Source: Alphaproteobacteria bacterium
Lineage (GTDB): Bacteria; Pseudomonadota; Alphaproteobacteria; UBA7887
DNA length: 64,000 bases
Reading direction: 5' to 3'
Assembly (NCBI GenBank): GCA_965216755.1
Contig: CBDCGL010000011.1
Span: 3,424,001 to 3,488,000, forward strand
A model generated the notes under the pieces. The model searched no databases. It saw only the letters and a list, made by a program, of their open reading frames with translations, and had not been told where the DNA came from. Below, in pieces: positions 7,957 to 19,889 of the stretch; positions within the stretch are counted from its first letter, which is position 1; each line of letters opens with the position of its first letter. The position numbers and the translations under genes were made by a program.

Positions 7957-8682
7957 TTACGGTTTGGCTTTGGCCGCCAACCGAGCACGCACTTTGTCAC
8001 TGTTGAGTTCGCGCGAGACGTCCGCGCCAACCCAACGCGCCGCCGGCTGGTCGTTGCGCCGCAACGCCGCAGCGCAATCCAAGGCGGCCCGATGCAGCAC
8101 GTGATTGCGCTTGCCAATTTGGCGCAGCGCCCAACTTGCCGCCTTTTTGACCAGATTGCGGTCATCCGTGGCGGCCTTGGCGATGGCGGGCAGAAAGGCG
8201 AGAAAACCGTCATCGGCCGCCTGCTTGTCGTGTACCGCCAGGTTCGCCATCAACACCAGCCCGGCGCGTTTGGTGAATTCCGCGCGGCGGCGCGACCAGA
8301 TGCGCGCTTTGTTCCATGCCCACGGCGTGCGATCGAACAATTTGCCGCACACGCCGTCGCAGACATCCCAAGAGTCGATGTCGCGCACCCAGTCGTCCAT
8401 CTGACGCGGCGTCACGTTTCGCGGTTCGTCAATCATGGCCGCCAAGAGACGCGCATCGCGATAGCCGGTTTGCCAAAGCGCCAATGCCAACGCGTGGTCG
8501 CGGCCGTGCCGCCTGATCAGTGCGCGCGCGTGCCTGTGAAGCGCGGTCACGGGCACGCCAAGATTCCGGGTCGGATTGATGCCGTAACGGGCCATGCCGC
8601 GCACATTGTCGGCTTGGCCACTCTTGCTGAGTTGATCAACGATTTCGGCCGCCAGCTTGGCGCTGACATCTGGGGTCGCCAT
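7957..8682 (-). CDS. DNA alkylation repair protein (AlkD-like)
   Basis: MARYGI, LALALW..G.RDAR, DSWDVCD, D.RNLVKKAASWALRQIGKR. Confidence 0.88.
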   Translation of the reverse strand: MATPDVSAKLAAEIVDQLSKSGQADNVRGMARYGINPTRNLGVPVTALHRHARALIRRHGRDHALALALWQTGYRDARLLAAMIDEPRNVTPRQMDDWVRDIDSWDVCDGVCGKLFDRTPWAWNKARIWSRRRAEFTKRAGLVLMANLAVHDKQAADDGFLAFLPAIAKAATDDRNLVKKAASWALRQIGKRNHVLHRAALDCAAALRRNDQPAARWVGADVSRELNSDKVRARLAAKAKP

Positions 8683-8789
8683 GGCACGGTGACTGTGGTG
8701 CAATCCTCGCCGTCCGCCAACAAAAAAAGCGGCGCGATGCCTGCAACATCGCGCCGGAACTCACGCCAGAATTGGGCGTGGCGGTCTGG

Positions 8790-9464
8790 TCAGTTGATAA
8801 TTTGCCACGACCCGTCGGGCTGACGGCATGCGGTACCGTAGAGCTGTTGCTGCTGGTTGCCGACGATGACATTGGTTTGATATTCGCGACAATAGCGGCC
8901 ATCGGTTTGCTGGTACGTGTTGGTCGGTGTCATCTGATATGTCGCGCCAGTATCGGGATTTTGCCAGGCGACTGTTTGATTCGATGGGCCGTGCTCCAAG
9001 ACACCGCCGACACAGTTGTGATCAACCTGATCCATGCTGCGGCCGATGCTGCCGCCGATAATACCGCCGATAAACACGCCAGCGCCGACCGCCGCGAGTT
9101 TGCCCGTGCCTTTACCAATTTGAGAGCCGATCAGGCCACCGGCCGCGGCACCGATGGCGCTGCCGACAAGGTCGCGGTTACAGTTGCCGATACCGATATC
9201 AAAGGGGGGTAAATAGCCGGCGGCCAGATCGAGGTCGGCAACGTGATTGGCGTGGTGCTGGCTGTGTTTGCGTCGATAGCCGTGCGCCGGCGCCCATGGC
9301 GGCGGCCCCTGATGATTGTGATATTCGACATGGGAATGATGCGCCTTGGCGGGAGCCTTTTTCCACTTTTTGTGCTTACCGCCGGCCTCTGCGATGGAAG
9401 CGTTGACCGAGACAAAGGCAAGCAAAAACATCGAACAGATCGCGACCAGGGCTTTGCGGCGCAT
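8790..9464 (-). CDS. 17-kDa surface antigen-like glycine-zipper protein (RT0821/Lpp0805 family)
   Basis: Signal peptide, GPPPWAPAHGYR, glycine zipper GAAAGGLIGSQIGKG, WQNPDTG, YCREYQ..GTACRQPDGSW. Confidence 0.88.
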   Translation of the reverse strand: MRRKALVAICSMFLLAFVSVNASIAEAGGKHKKWKKAPAKAHHSHVEYHNHQGPPPWAPAHGYRRKHSQHHANHVADLDLAAGYLPPFDIGIGNCNRDLVGSAIGAAAGGLIGSQIGKGTGKLAAVGAGVFIGGIIGGSIGRSMDQVDHNCVGGVLEHGPSNQTVAWQNPDTGATYQMTPTNTYQQTDGRYCREYQTNVIVGNQQQQLYGTACRQPDGSWQIIN

Positions 9465-9638
9465 GTCATTCCTCCGGAAACGTCGGGCGAGGGTCCAAAT
9501 CGGGCAATGACAGCAATATGGACCGAATTCGGGATCCGACCAGTTGTCACCCGGGCCTGTTTCGCTGGCCTAGCGGTGTCGGCAAGCGGCCTTTGATTTC
9601 CGGCCGAATTCAGGGGCGCCGTGTTATAGACTGAAGCT

Positions 9639-10661
9639 GTGAAAACCTTGGTTACAGGGGCGACCGGTTTTGTCGGGTCGGCGGTGGTACGGCACCTGGT
9701 TGCCGACGGCCATGATGTGCGCGCGCTGGTTCGGCCGGGCAGCGACCGGCAAAATCTGTCGTCTGTCGGCGTGACCCTTGCCGAAGGCGATCTGTTGGAC
9801 CCGACCTCGTTGGCGGCGGCGATGGCCGGCTGCGACGGTCTGTTTCATGTCGCCGCCGACTATCGGCTCTGGGCCCGCGATCCGGGCGAAATCTTCAGAT
9901 CGAACGTGGATGGCACGCGCAACGTCTTGTTGGCCGCCAGGGTGGCCGGCGTGGCGCGCATTGTTTACACCAGCAGTGTCGCCGCCTTGGGGTTGGGCCG
10001 CGACGGCGCCGCGGGCGATGAGACCACCCCCGTCGACCCTGGCGATCTGATCGGCGCCTACAAAACCTCAAAATGGCGGGCGCAGTCATTGGTGTTGGCG
10101 ATGGCCCGCGATGAAGGGCTGCCGGTGGTCGTGGTCAATCCGTCGACGCCGGTCGGCCCCGGCGATATCAAGCCGACACCCACCGGCGCCCTGGTGCTGC
10201 AAGCCATGAGGGGGCAGATGCGCGCCTATGTCGACACGGCGTTAAATATTGTCCATGTCGATGACGTGGCCCGTGGCCACCTGTTGGCGTTCGACAAAGG
10301 TCGGGTCGGAGAATGTTACATATTGGGCAGTGAGAATCTGTCGTTGCGGGAAATCCTTGAGGTTATCGCCGAGCTGACCGGCGGTCCACGCCCCCGGGTT
10401 CGGATCCCCCATGGCGCCGTTTTGCCCGTCGCCTATGGCGCCGAGTTGCTGGCCAAATTCACCGGCCGTACCCCATTGGTAACGGTTGCCGGGGTCAAAC
10501 TGTCGCGCAAGCAGATGCGCTTTCGCAGTGACAAAGCGCGCCAACAACTGGGCTACGATCCGCGCCCGGCGCGGGCTGCTTTGCAGGACGCGGTCACCTG
10601 GTTCCACGATAGGATGGGAACGGCCGGGTCGCCGACATTTACGCCAAATCCTGTCAAATGA
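9639..10661 (+). CDS. hpnA: Hopanoid-associated sugar epimerase / dihydroflavonol-reductase family SDR
   Basis: LVTGATGFVG, FHVAADYRLW, YK.SK, VNPSTPVGPGDIKPTPTG. Confidence 0.75.
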   Translation: MKTLVTGATGFVGSAVVRHLVADGHDVRALVRPGSDRQNLSSVGVTLAEGDLLDPTSLAAAMAGCDGLFHVAADYRLWARDPGEIFRSNVDGTRNVLLAARVAGVARIVYTSSVAALGLGRDGAAGDETTPVDPGDLIGAYKTSKWRAQSLVLAMARDEGLPVVVVNPSTPVGPGDIKPTPTGALVLQAMRGQMRAYVDTALNIVHVDDVARGHLLAFDKGRVGECYILGSENLSLREILEVIAELTGGPRPRVRIPHGAVLPVAYGAELLAKFTGRTPLVTVAGVKLSRKQMRFRSDKARQQLGYDPRPARAALQDAVTWFHDRMGTAGSPTFTPNPVK

Positions 10662-10670
10662 GGTGATTCC

Positions 10671-12080
10671 GTGAGCACTGACCTCGCCGACACGCTGCTG
10701 GCGCGCGCGCCGCGGGGATCCGAACCGGTCGCGATTCTACCGGTTGCGGCCGCTGAGCTAGCCCCTTGGCTTAACAAGCAAGAGCCCGAGATACGCGATT
10801 GGATCGCAGCGGTGGGTTTCACGGCGAAGCCCCATAGTACGTGTTTCGTGCCCGGTACGGGCGGCGCCCTCGCCCGGGTCTTGGTTGGTATCGCCGAGCC
10901 GTTGGGGCCCTGGGCGCTGGCCGGGCTGCCGCTGACATTGGCAGAGGGCGTGTATGGCCTTGACCCGCGCTTCGAAAGCCAGCTGACGCCGGCCGACGCG
11001 GCGCTTTTGACGGTCGGCTGGGCGGTTGGCGGCTACCAGTTCACGCGCTACAAAAACCGCGATCGAGAAGCGGCGCAGCTGGTCGTTCCCGCGGCTTGCG
11101 ATTTGGCCGAATGCCAGCGCGTTGCCCAGGCGGTCGGCATCGCCCGCGACCTGATCAACACACCGGCAAACGATTTGGGACCCGATGACCTGGCTGACGC
11201 GGCACGGTCGGTCGCCGATCGATTTGGCGCGACCACCCGCGTCGTTCGCGGTGAGGCATTGCTGGATCAGAACTTCCCCGCCATTCACGCGGTTGGTCGT
11301 GCCAGTCACCGCCCGCCATGCTTGATCGATTTCACCTGGGGTGAGGTGACGGCGCCGAGAGTGACTTTGGTTGGCAAGGGCATCTGTTTCGATTCCGGCG
11401 GATTGGATCTGAAACCCGCGGACAACATGCTGCTGATGAAGAAGGACATGGGTGGCGCGGCCCATGCCTTGGGGCTGGCGCACGCGGTGATGGACGCGGG
11501 ATTACCGGTGCGCTTGCGGGTGCTGATCGCGGCCGCCGAAAACAGTGTCGGTGGTGATGCTTTCCGCCCCGGTGATATATTGGCCACGCGCAATGGCAAG
11601 ACGGTCGAGGTCGGCAACACCGACGCCGAAGGGCGCCTGGTCCTGTGCGATGCCTTGACCCTGGGCGACGAAGACAGCCCGGATTTGATGGTCGATATCG
11701 CAACGCTCACCGGTGCCGCCAGGGTTGCCCTGGGGACCGATGTGCCGGCTCTGTTCACGCCCGACGATGCCTTGGCCGAGGCCCTATGCATCCAGGCCGA
11801 GAAATTACGCGACCCGCTGTGGCGATTGCCGTTGTGGGCCGACTATCAGAACCTGCTCGACAGTCCGGTTGCCGATACCAACAATATTAGCCCGGGCGCA
11901 TTCGGCGGCGCCATTACGGCAGCCTTATTTCTGGCCGGCTTTGTGGAACAGGCCAAGGCCTGGGCGCATGTCGATATGATGGCATGGAACCGCAGCGCCC
12001 GCCCCGGCCGCCCGGTTGGCGGCGAGGCCTTGGCGTTGCGCGCGCTCTACGGTTATCTGGCAACCACCTATGGGCGCTGA
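10671..12080 (+). CDS. Leucyl aminopeptidase family (M17)
   Basis: LVGKGICFDSGG, MKKDMGGAA, NTDAEGRL. Confidence 0.93.
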   Translation: MSTDLADTLLARAPRGSEPVAILPVAAAELAPWLNKQEPEIRDWIAAVGFTAKPHSTCFVPGTGGALARVLVGIAEPLGPWALAGLPLTLAEGVYGLDPRFESQLTPADAALLTVGWAVGGYQFTRYKNRDREAAQLVVPAACDLAECQRVAQAVGIARDLINTPANDLGPDDLADAARSVADRFGATTRVVRGEALLDQNFPAIHAVGRASHRPPCLIDFTWGEVTAPRVTLVGKGICFDSGGLDLKPADNMLLMKKDMGGAAHALGLAHAVMDAGLPVRLRVLIAAAENSVGGDAFRPGDILATRNGKTVEVGNTDAEGRLVLCDALTLGDEDSPDLMVDIATLTGAARVALGTDVPALFTPDDALAEALCIQAEKLRDPLWRLPLWADYQNLLDSPVADTNNISPGAFGGAITAALFLAGFVEQAKAWAHVDMMAWNRSARPGRPVGGEALALRALYGYLATTYGR

Positions 12081-12264
12081 ACGTGTCGGTGTTGAAATCG
12101 CCGCGAAGCCATTGTTTTGACTGACGTCAACCGTAAGGTCGACAGGCATTTGCTCGCCCATTAAATCGTTCCACAATCGTTATTGACGATGCTATCGGAT
12201 TGCGTGACACTCACCCCTACCAAATCCTGAGCCACTAATAACGTGGGCACTGTTTTCTCTAGTT

Positions 12265-12657
12265 TTGATGGGTGGAATGTCACAGAGTCTGTCTTCCGAA
12301 CAAGCTTTGCAGCTTTGGCACTCAGTGTTCGTTTCGAGCGTCAGCGACGCCCGGTCCGATCTGACGATGCGGCAAATGGCGATGTTGTTGAGCATCTATC
12401 TGAGCCCGCCGCCGCACACGGTGCGCGGGTTGGCAAAATCGCTCAACATTTCGAAACCGGCGGTCACCCGGGCCCTGAACAAGCTCGGCGACATGGGCTT
12501 GGTCAAACGCAAACGGGATGATGATGATCGGCGCAGCGTGCTGGTCCAACGCACGGTCAAGGGGTCGGTCTATCTTTCGGATGTGGCCGATGTGATCGCG
12601 GCGGCCTCAACAAGGGTGGGCACCGCGACCGAATCGGCGGAAGCCGCGGCGGCTTAG
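12265..12657 (+). CDS. MarR family transcriptional regulator
   Basis: DLTMRQMA..PPHTVRGLA..ISKPAVTRAL..DDRRSV. Confidence 0.88.
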   Translation: MMGGMSQSLSSEQALQLWHSVFVSSVSDARSDLTMRQMAMLLSIYLSPPPHTVRGLAKSLNISKPAVTRALNKLGDMGLVKRKRDDDDRRSVLVQRTVKGSVYLSDVADVIAAASTRVGTATESAEAAAA

Positions 12658-12807
12658 ATCAGCCGAACCGGGGTCAATTCTGCGTCGCGCGCAAAACGAC
12701 GGGCGAAATTCAACCTTTTGCCGCCGGTTTGCCGAAACAGCGGGTCCGGTCGCGTGCAAATGGAGAGCGCGGCAAAGCTTCTGATTGCTTGCCGACCATG
12801 GCAATGG

Positions 12808-13737
12808 TCAATAGCCGCGGGAAAGGTCGACTTGATGCGCGGGCGGTGTGCCGGCGCGGACGCGGCGCACATTGCCGATCACGAAGCGGGCGCCCGACTC
12901 GGGCAACACCCAACCGGCATTGTGGGGCGTGATCGTGATCCGCGGATGGTGCCAAAATGAATGGTCGGCGGGTAGTGGCTCGGTTTCGAACACGTCGAGC
13001 CAAGCGCCTGCCAAATGGCCGCTGTCGATTGCCGCCAGCAGGTCAGATTCGATCACTTGTCGGCCCCGACCGGCATTGACGAAATAGGCGCCGGCCGGCA
13101 ACTGGGCGAAGGCGCCCGCGTCAAGCAGGCCCTCGGTGTCGCGCGTCAGGGGCAGAACACTGACCAGAACATCGCTCTGCGCCAGGATCTGTGAAAACCC
13201 GTCTTGACCGGTGAAGCTTTCGACGCCGCCCAGCGATTTCGCCGTGCGGCTCCAGCCGGCCACCGGAAAGCCGCGCGCGATCAAGGCTTGGGCCGCCGCT
13301 TGGCCAATCACGCCCATGCCCAACAGGCCGACCCGACAACCGCCGGCCGGACGCGGCAGTGAATGGCGCCATTCGGCGCGCGCTTGCAGGGCACGAAAGT
13401 GATCGACCCGCCGATGATGGCTCAGCACCGCAAGCAGCACATATTCGACCATTTGCGCGACCAATCCGGCATCGACCAAACGGGCGACGGGAACACCGGC
13501 CGGTAATTCCGGATCCGAACGAATGTGATCGACGCCGGCGCCCAGCGATTGGATCAGTCGCAGGTTTGGCAAACCCGCCAACACGCCCGGCGGCGGCTGC
13601 CAGACCAGGGCGGTATCGATCTCTGTGCTGTCGCCGACATCGGGCCAAACACGCATGTCGAGCGCGGGGTCAAACGCGCGCAGCGCCGCCCGCCACGCAT
13701 CGGGGTCATCTTCACGACTGACAAACAACAGCGCCAT
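12808..13737 (-). CDS. ghrA: Glyoxylate/hydroxypyruvate reductase A-like 2-hydroxyacid dehydrogenase
   Basis: SLGAGVDH, GLLGMGVIG, NAGRG, LDVFETEPL, TPHNA. Confidence 0.85.
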   Translation of the reverse strand: MALLFVSREDDPDAWRAALRAFDPALDMRVWPDVGDSTEIDTALVWQPPPGVLAGLPNLRLIQSLGAGVDHIRSDPELPAGVPVARLVDAGLVAQMVEYVLLAVLSHHRRVDHFRALQARAEWRHSLPRPAGGCRVGLLGMGVIGQAAAQALIARGFPVAGWSRTAKSLGGVESFTGQDGFSQILAQSDVLVSVLPLTRDTEGLLDAGAFAQLPAGAYFVNAGRGRQVIESDLLAAIDSGHLAGAWLDVFETEPLPADHSFWHHPRITITPHNAGWVLPESGARFVIGNVRRVRAGTPPAHQVDLSRGY

Positions 13738-13748
13738 GGTGGTGCCGT

Positions 13749-15371
13749 TCAGGTCGCGATCTCGGCCGACTCAACGGCTTTGATCTCGAACGCCGCGGCC
13801 ATCAGCGCCTTGGTATATTCGGTTTGTGGCGAATCAAACACGTCTGCCGCGGGCCCCTGTTCAATCACACGCCCTGCCTTCAACACGATAACGTCGTTCG
13901 CCAGCGCACGCACGACCCGTAAATCATGACTGATGAACAGATAAGCCAAATCGTGTTCGCGCTGCAAACGGCGCAACAAGTCGACAATCTGTGCTTGCAC
14001 GGACATATCCAAGGCCGATGTTGGTTCGTCCAGCATGACGAAACGCGGCTTGAGAACCATCGCCCGGGCGATCGAAATGCGTTGTCGCTGGCCACCCGAG
14101 AACTCATGTGGATAGCGGTCCATGGTTGATGGATCCAGGTCGACCTCTTCCATAGCGTTGGCCACCAGGGTGCGGCGATCGTTTTCGTCGCCGCCCAAAT
14201 CGTGGATGCGCAGACCTTCTTCGATGATTTGGAAGACCGATAGGCGCGGGCTCAACGAACTGAACGGATCCTGAAACACCACCTGCATTTGCCGACGTAG
14301 CGGTCGCACGGCGCGATTGCTTAGGGCGTCGGTTGGCCGGCCCTCGAACCGGATCGGGCCATCGCTGGATATCAGACGCAGCAGGGCCATGCCCAAGGTC
14401 GTTTTGCCCGAACCGCTCTCGCCCACCACGCCGACGGTCTGACCCTCGCGCACGGATACGGTGACGCCGTCGACGGCTTTGATATGGCCGACGGTGCGGC
14501 GCAGCACACCGCGCCGGATCGGAAACCATACCCGCAAATTGTCCGCCTCCATGACCTGTTTGGCGCTGGCATCGCTTGTCGGTGGATCACCTTTGGGTTC
14601 GGCGCCGAGCAGCGCCTTGGTGTAGTCATGTTGCGGCGTGTCATAGATTTGCGCGGTCGGGCCCTGCTCGACGATTTTGCCTTCGGTCATGACGCAAACA
14701 TAGTCGGCGACGTGATGGACGATGGTCAGGTCGTGGGTGATCAACAGTATCGCCATACCGACTTCGCGCTGCAGGTCCTTCATCAGCGCCAATATTTGGG
14801 CCTGAATGGTGACATCGAGCGCGGTGGTGGGTTCGTCGGCGATCAACAAGCCGGGATCGTTGGCCAGGGCCATGGCGATCATGACCCGCTGGCGTTGACC
14901 ACCAGATAGCTGATGCGGCCACGCTTTGAGTCGTTGCTCGGCGTCTTGCAGGCGGACCAACTTGAGCAACTCGAGCGTCCGCGACCGTGCCTGATTGTAG
15001 GTCAGGCCTTTGTGCAGCATCAGTGTTTCGTTGACTTGCTTTTCCACCGTGTGCAGCGGATTGAGCGATGTCATCGGTTCTTGAAAGATCATCGAAATCT
15101 GATCGCCACGCACCTGCCGCAGCGTGTCTGGGGCGGCCCCGACCAGCTCTTCACCGCGAAACCGCACGCTGCCATGGGGATGGCGGGCGCGCGGATAAGG
15201 CAGCAATTGCAGCACGGACAACGCGGTCACAGATTTGCCCGAGCCGCTCTCGCCGACCAGCGCCACGGTTTGGCCCTCGTCGACCTGAAATGATACGCCA
15301 CGCACCGCCTCAACGTCGCGACGGCCGACCCGAAAGGTCACGGCGAGATTGTCTATCGCGAGCAGGGTCAT
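13749..15371 (-). CDS. yejF: Peptide ABC transporter double ATPase
   Basis: Two GESGSGK Walker A motifs, [16 protein letters not shown]; operon context. Confidence 0.9.
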   Translation of the reverse strand: MTLLAIDNLAVTFRVGRRDVEAVRGVSFQVDEGQTVALVGESGSGKSVTALSVLQLLPYPRARHPHGSVRFRGEELVGAAPDTLRQVRGDQISMIFQEPMTSLNPLHTVEKQVNETLMLHKGLTYNQARSRTLELLKLVRLQDAEQRLKAWPHQLSGGQRQRVMIAMALANDPGLLIADEPTTALDVTIQAQILALMKDLQREVGMAILLITHDLTIVHHVADYVCVMTEGKIVEQGPTAQIYDTPQHDYTKALLGAEPKGDPPTSDASAKQVMEADNLRVWFPIRRGVLRRTVGHIKAVDGVTVSVREGQTVGVVGESGSGKTTLGMALLRLISSDGPIRFEGRPTDALSNRAVRPLRRQMQVVFQDPFSSLSPRLSVFQIIEEGLRIHDLGGDENDRRTLVANAMEEVDLDPSTMDRYPHEFSGGQRQRISIARAMVLKPRFVMLDEPTSALDMSVQAQIVDLLRRLQREHDLAYLFISHDLRVVRALANDVIVLKAGRVIEQGPAADVFDSPQTEYTKALMAAAFEIKAVESAEIAT

Positions 15372-15375
15372 CGGA

Positions 15376-16476
15376 TTACACCGTAATCTTGCGGGGGTCG
15401 AAGGCGTCGCGCACGCCTTCACCGATGAACACCAGCAGCGACAACAACACCGACAGAACGACAAAGCCGGTAAAACCCAACCACGGTGCTTGCAAATTGT
15501 TCTTGCCCTGATTGAGCAATTCGCCCAGCGATGGCGAACCCGGCGGCAGGCCGAAACCGAGGAAGTCGAGCGAGGTCAGCACCGTGACCGAGCCGGTCAA
15601 AATGAACGGCAGAAAGGTCAGGGTCGACACCATGGCATTGGGCAACACATGGCGGTACATGATCGAAATATCGCTGGCGCCCAGCGCCCGCGCCGCGCGG
15701 ACAAAATCGAAATTACGCGCGCGCAGGAACTCGGCCCGCACCACGCCGACCAAACCCATCCAACTAAACAGCAGCATCAAGCCCAACAGCCACCAGAAGT
15801 TCGGCTTGACCACGCTCGCCAGGATGATCAGCAGATAGAGCGTCGGCAGTGATGACCAGATCTCGATAAAGCGCTGAAACAGTAAATCGACCAAGCCGCC
15901 GAAATAGCCCTGGACCGCGCCGGCGGCGATGCCGACGATCGAGCTGAGCAGAGTCAACGTCAGGCCGAACAGTACCGATATGCGAAAACCGTAGATCAAG
16001 CGCGCCATCACATCGCGAGCCTGATCATCGGTGCCGAGCCAATTATCCGCGGACGGCGGCGCTGGCGCTGGCACCGGTAAATTGTAATTGATGGTTCGGT
16101 AGCTATAGGGGACCAGCGGCCAAATCATCCAGCCCTTGTCGTTGATCAAACCGGCCACCAGCCGGTCGCGGTAATTCGCCTCGGTTTCGAAATCGCCGCC
16201 GAAGGTCGTTTCGGAATAGGTCTTTAGCACTGGCATATAAAGGCCGCCGTCGAACCACACCAGAATTGGCTTGTCGTTGGCGATAAATTCGGCCGGCAGC
16301 GAGACAAAAAATAGAAACAGGAAAAGCCGCAGGCTCCAAAAAGCGCGGCCGTTCTTGCGAAAATTGGCCAGTCGGCGTCGGGTCAGCGGGGTCAGCCTGA
16401 GTCCCCAAACACGACCGGTCGGCATCGGCGGGGCTTGGCGTTTTACGGTGGGCGAGGCCAGGGTGTGCTCGGCCAT
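15376..16476 (-). CDS. yejE: Peptide ABC transporter permease
   Basis: AEFIANDKP, WLGTDDQARDV, VRAEFLRARN, GVRDAFDPRK. Confidence 0.92.
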   Translation of the reverse strand: MAEHTLASPTVKRQAPPMPTGRVWGLRLTPLTRRRLANFRKNGRAFWSLRLFLFLFFVSLPAEFIANDKPILVWFDGGLYMPVLKTYSETTFGGDFETEANYRDRLVAGLINDKGWMIWPLVPYSYRTINYNLPVPAPAPPSADNWLGTDDQARDVMARLIYGFRISVLFGLTLTLLSSIVGIAAGAVQGYFGGLVDLLFQRFIEIWSSLPTLYLLIILASVVKPNFWWLLGLMLLFSWMGLVGVVRAEFLRARNFDFVRAARALGASDISIMYRHVLPNAMVSTLTFLPFILTGSVTVLTSLDFLGFGLPPGSPSLGELLNQGKNNLQAPWLGFTGFVVLSVLLSLLVFIGEGVRDAFDPRKITV

Positions 16477-16481
16477 GATCG

Positions 16482-17597
16482 TCAGGCCTCACGGCTTTCA
16501 AAGTCGATACGTGGGTCGATCACGGTATAGGCGATATCGCCGACCAGGTTCATGACCAGGCCAAGTAACGTGAAAAAGTAAAGGGTGGCGAACATGACCG
16601 GATAGTCGCGCCCCAGCGCGGCCTCGAAACCGAGCAAACCAAGTCCGTCGAGTGAGAAGATCACTTCGATCAGCAACGATCCGGTGAACAATATACCGAT
16701 AAACGCGGATGGAAATCCGGCGATCACGATCAACATGGCATTGCGGAACACATGGCCGTAGAGCACCCGGTTTTCGGCCAAGCCCTTGGCACGCGCCGTG
16801 GTCACATATTGCTTGTTGATCTCCTCGACGAAAGAGTTTTTGGTCAGCAGTGTCAGACCGGCGAAGCCGCCGATGACCATCGAAACGATCGGCAGCGCCA
16901 AATGCCAAAAATAATCACCAATCTGCTGCAGCAAAGTCAGTTCGTCAAAATTGGTTGACGTCAGCCCCCGTAGCGGAAACCAATCGAAATAGCGCCCGCC
17001 GGCGAACAGCACGATCAGCAGGATCGCGAATAAGAAGCTTGGAATGGCATTGCCGATTACGATGACGCCGGATGTCCAAATGTCAAAACGCGACCCGTCG
17101 CGCACCGCCTTGGCAACGCCGAGCGGGATCGATATCAAATAAACAAATAGCGTGGTCCACAAACCAAGTGAGATCGAAACCGGCATTTTGTCGAGCACCA
17201 AGTCGACAACGCGTTGGTCGCGGAAAAAGCTTTCACCGAAATCGAAGGTCGCGTAGCGACCAAGCATGTCGATGAAGCGCTCATGCCAAGGTTTGTCGAA
17301 ACCGTAGAGCTTCTCAAGTTCTTCGATAAATTTTGGATCGAGCCCCTGGGCGCCCCGATATTTGCTGGTGACACTGCTACCGCCACCAGCTTGCTGCGTA
17401 CGCCGTTCGCCCAGAGACTCGGTTTGGCCGGCGCCGCTGACACGCGCCGTCAGATCGGTGCCGGTGCCGGTGTAGCGGGAAATGATCTGTTCTATGGGAC
17501 CGCCGGGCGCCGCCTGAATAACCACGAAATTGATCAGCATGATTCCGAACAGGGTCGGAATGATCAGCAGTAAACGACGAATGATATAGGCGGTCAT
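16482..17597 (-). CDS. yejB: Peptide ABC transporter permease
   Basis: [41 protein letters not shown]. Confidence 0.92.
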   Translation of the reverse strand: MTAYIIRRLLLIIPTLFGIMLINFVVIQAAPGGPIEQIISRYTGTGTDLTARVSGAGQTESLGERRTQQAGGGSSVTSKYRGAQGLDPKFIEELEKLYGFDKPWHERFIDMLGRYATFDFGESFFRDQRVVDLVLDKMPVSISLGLWTTLFVYLISIPLGVAKAVRDGSRFDIWTSGVIVIGNAIPSFLFAILLIVLFAGGRYFDWFPLRGLTSTNFDELTLLQQIGDYFWHLALPIVSMVIGGFAGLTLLTKNSFVEEINKQYVTTARAKGLAENRVLYGHVFRNAMLIVIAGFPSAFIGILFTGSLLIEVIFSLDGLGLLGFEAALGRDYPVMFATLYFFTLLGLVMNLVGDIAYTVIDPRIDFESREA

Positions 17598-17635
17598 GAT
17601 GTCAAAGATCGTGTCCGGGGCCTGGCGCCGACCTT

Positions 17636-19675
17636 TTACCGGGCGCGCCGGCGCCTAAGATACAGCACCAACGCGATCAAACCGAAACCGGCGAGTGCGA
17701 GCCAAATCGAGAGATTTTGGCGCTCCTGGCCGACCTCATCCATGCGCGCCGGTGGTGCGCTTGTCGGATCGCTCTGTGGCGGTGCCTCGGTCGAACCCTC
17801 GGTGGTCTCCGCCGGGCCCGTGACGGGCGGAACGGACTCGGCCTGGGCCAGCACCGTCTCATGTTTGTTGGCATCGATCCACCAGGTCGAGGGAAAGCCA
17901 AGACCAAACCGCGGCGGCGTCGCCGGCTTGCCGAAGATGTCCCAGTAAATCAGCCGAAAACTGCGAATATGCCAGTGCGGGATGACATAGTGGCCCCATA
18001 ACAACACACGGTCGAGCGCGCGCGTTGTGGCGACCAGTGTCTCGCGATCGGGGGCGGCGATCAGCAATTCCACCAACTCGTCGATCGTCGGTTCGCTGAT
18101 CCCGGCGTAATTTTGCGAGCCCTCGGTCACAGCCGCTTCGCCCGTCCAATAGCCCCGTTGCTCATTGCCCGGACTTTGCGACTGCCCCCACACCGTCGTG
18201 ATCATATCGAAATCAAACCCGTCCAAGCGATTCTGATATTGGGCCGGGTCGACAATCCGGATCGACGCGGTGATCCCCAATCGCTTGAGATTCTCCACCA
18301 CCGGTCCGACGATCCGTTCAAAGGCGGGCGAGACCAGCAGAAACTCGATCTCCATCACTTCGCCGCTTTGGTCGTTGGTCAGAACATTGTCCTTGACCAC
18401 CCATCCGGCCTCGGCGAGTAGTTCGCGCGCGCGCAACAAATTGTCCCGGATGTCGCCGGAGCCGTCTGTGGCCGGCGGCTCATAGACGGTCGTGAACACT
18501 TCCTCGGGAACGCGGCCACGAAATTCCTCCAGAATTCCCAGTTCCAAGCCTTCGGGTAGGTCGCGCGAGGCGAGTTCGGAGTTCGAGTAGTAGCTCTTGG
18601 TACGCGTATACTGGCCGTAAAACAGATTGATATTGGTCCACTCGAAGTCGAATGCATAGGCGAGCGCTTGGCGGACCTTGGGGTCGGCGAATTTCGATCG
18701 GCGCATATTGAAGACGAAGCCCTGCATGCCCGTACCGAGCTCGTGGGCAACCTCTTCCTTGACCATCAGTCCCCGCTCGACCGCGGGAAAATCGTAGGCT
18801 GTCGCCCACTCTTTCGAAATATTCTCTTGTCGAAAATCATATTCGTTCGCCTTCAAAGCCTCGATGGCGACCGTGGCGTCGCGATAATAGTCAAACTGGA
18901 TCTCATCGAAATTGTTCTGGCCGAGATTAACCGGCAGGTTCGCGCCCCAATAATCCTCAACCCGCCGATAGGTGATCGAACGGCCGGGATCGACCTTGTC
19001 CACCTGATAGGGGCCACTGGTCAGGGGTGGTTCCAAGGTGGTTTCGTCAAACGCGCGCTCTTCCCAATAGTGCTTCGGCAAGACCGTCATTTGGCCGATG
19101 ATCAGCGGCAGTTCACGGTTGGTCGTGTCGCGAAACGTGAAACGCACCGTGCGCTCGCCGGTCTTCTCGGCGGCCGTGACGTCGGCGTAATAGGTGCGAA
19201 AAAATGGGTTGCCCTTGGCTGTCAGGGTCTCGAACGTGAAGATGACGTCATCGACGGTCACCGGTTGGCCGTCGTGCCAGCGGGCTTCGGGACGCAATGT
19301 GAAAGCGACCCACGACCGATCTTCGGGCATTTCAATCGTTTCCGCGAGCAGGCCATATTCAGTGAACGGCTCGTCGGCGGACCCGACCAACAGGCTATCA
19401 TAGGTGAGGCTTAGGCCGGCGGCGGCGACGCCCTTGATGATGAATTGATTGAGCGTGTCATAGGTGCCGACGGCCGCCAGGCGCACTTTGCCGCCTTTCG
19501 GCGCGTTCGGGTCGGCATAGTCGAAATGCGGAAAATCGGCGCCGTATTTGACATCGCCATACATCGACAGCGCATGGCTTGTTGCGACATCCGATTGCGC
19601 CTGAGCCCCTACGGTGGCGATGCCGGAGCAAATCAAAGTCAGCGCGGCGATAGCGCGTTTGGCATACGGATACAT
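17636..19675 (-). CDS. yejA: Extracellular solute-binding protein with extra C-terminal linker and TM anchor
   Basis: [50 protein letters not shown]; extra tail after WWID. Confidence 0.9.
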   Translation of the reverse strand: MYPYAKRAIAALTLICSGIATVGAQAQSDVATSHALSMYGDVKYGADFPHFDYADPNAPKGGKVRLAAVGTYDTLNQFIIKGVAAAGLSLTYDSLLVGSADEPFTEYGLLAETIEMPEDRSWVAFTLRPEARWHDGQPVTVDDVIFTFETLTAKGNPFFRTYYADVTAAEKTGERTVRFTFRDTTNRELPLIIGQMTVLPKHYWEERAFDETTLEPPLTSGPYQVDKVDPGRSITYRRVEDYWGANLPVNLGQNNFDEIQFDYYRDATVAIEALKANEYDFRQENISKEWATAYDFPAVERGLMVKEEVAHELGTGMQGFVFNMRRSKFADPKVRQALAYAFDFEWTNINLFYGQYTRTKSYYSNSELASRDLPEGLELGILEEFRGRVPEEVFTTVYEPPATDGSGDIRDNLLRARELLAEAGWVVKDNVLTNDQSGEVMEIEFLLVSPAFERIVGPVVENLKRLGITASIRIVDPAQYQNRLDGFDFDMITTVWGQSQSPGNEQRGYWTGEAAVTEGSQNYAGISEPTIDELVELLIAAPDRETLVATTRALDRVLLWGHYVIPHWHIRSFRLIYWDIFGKPATPPRFGLGFPSTWWIDANKHETVLAQAESVPPVTGPAETTEGSTEAPPQSDPTSAPPARMDEVGQERQNLSIWLALAGFGLIALVLYLRRRRAR

Positions 19676-19889
19676 GAACGGCTCTTGCTCCCCGTGCGGT
19701 GTTTCCGGATTTGGTCGGCGTCTCTGCAACGGATATCGAAGACCAGCTGGTTCGAGACGTTGGATCCTGTTGCACATCCAAGGGCGGCACAATCAGATCG
19801 TGCACGAACGTCTTATAGTCGCGTCGTGGACGCCGCGGTTCAAGACCCGCCGGTCATCGATCACATGAATGTTGCGGGCCCGGGCCCGG

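Noticed and set aside
9639-10661. Hopanoid biosynthesis cluster
   Set aside because: Only an isolated hpnA-like gene; no shc or other hpn genes nearby.
17800-17850. LPxTG sortase motif in the YejA tail (VPPVTG)
   Set aside because: Not a true LPxTG and ~35 residues from the TM helix, too far for the canonical arrangement.
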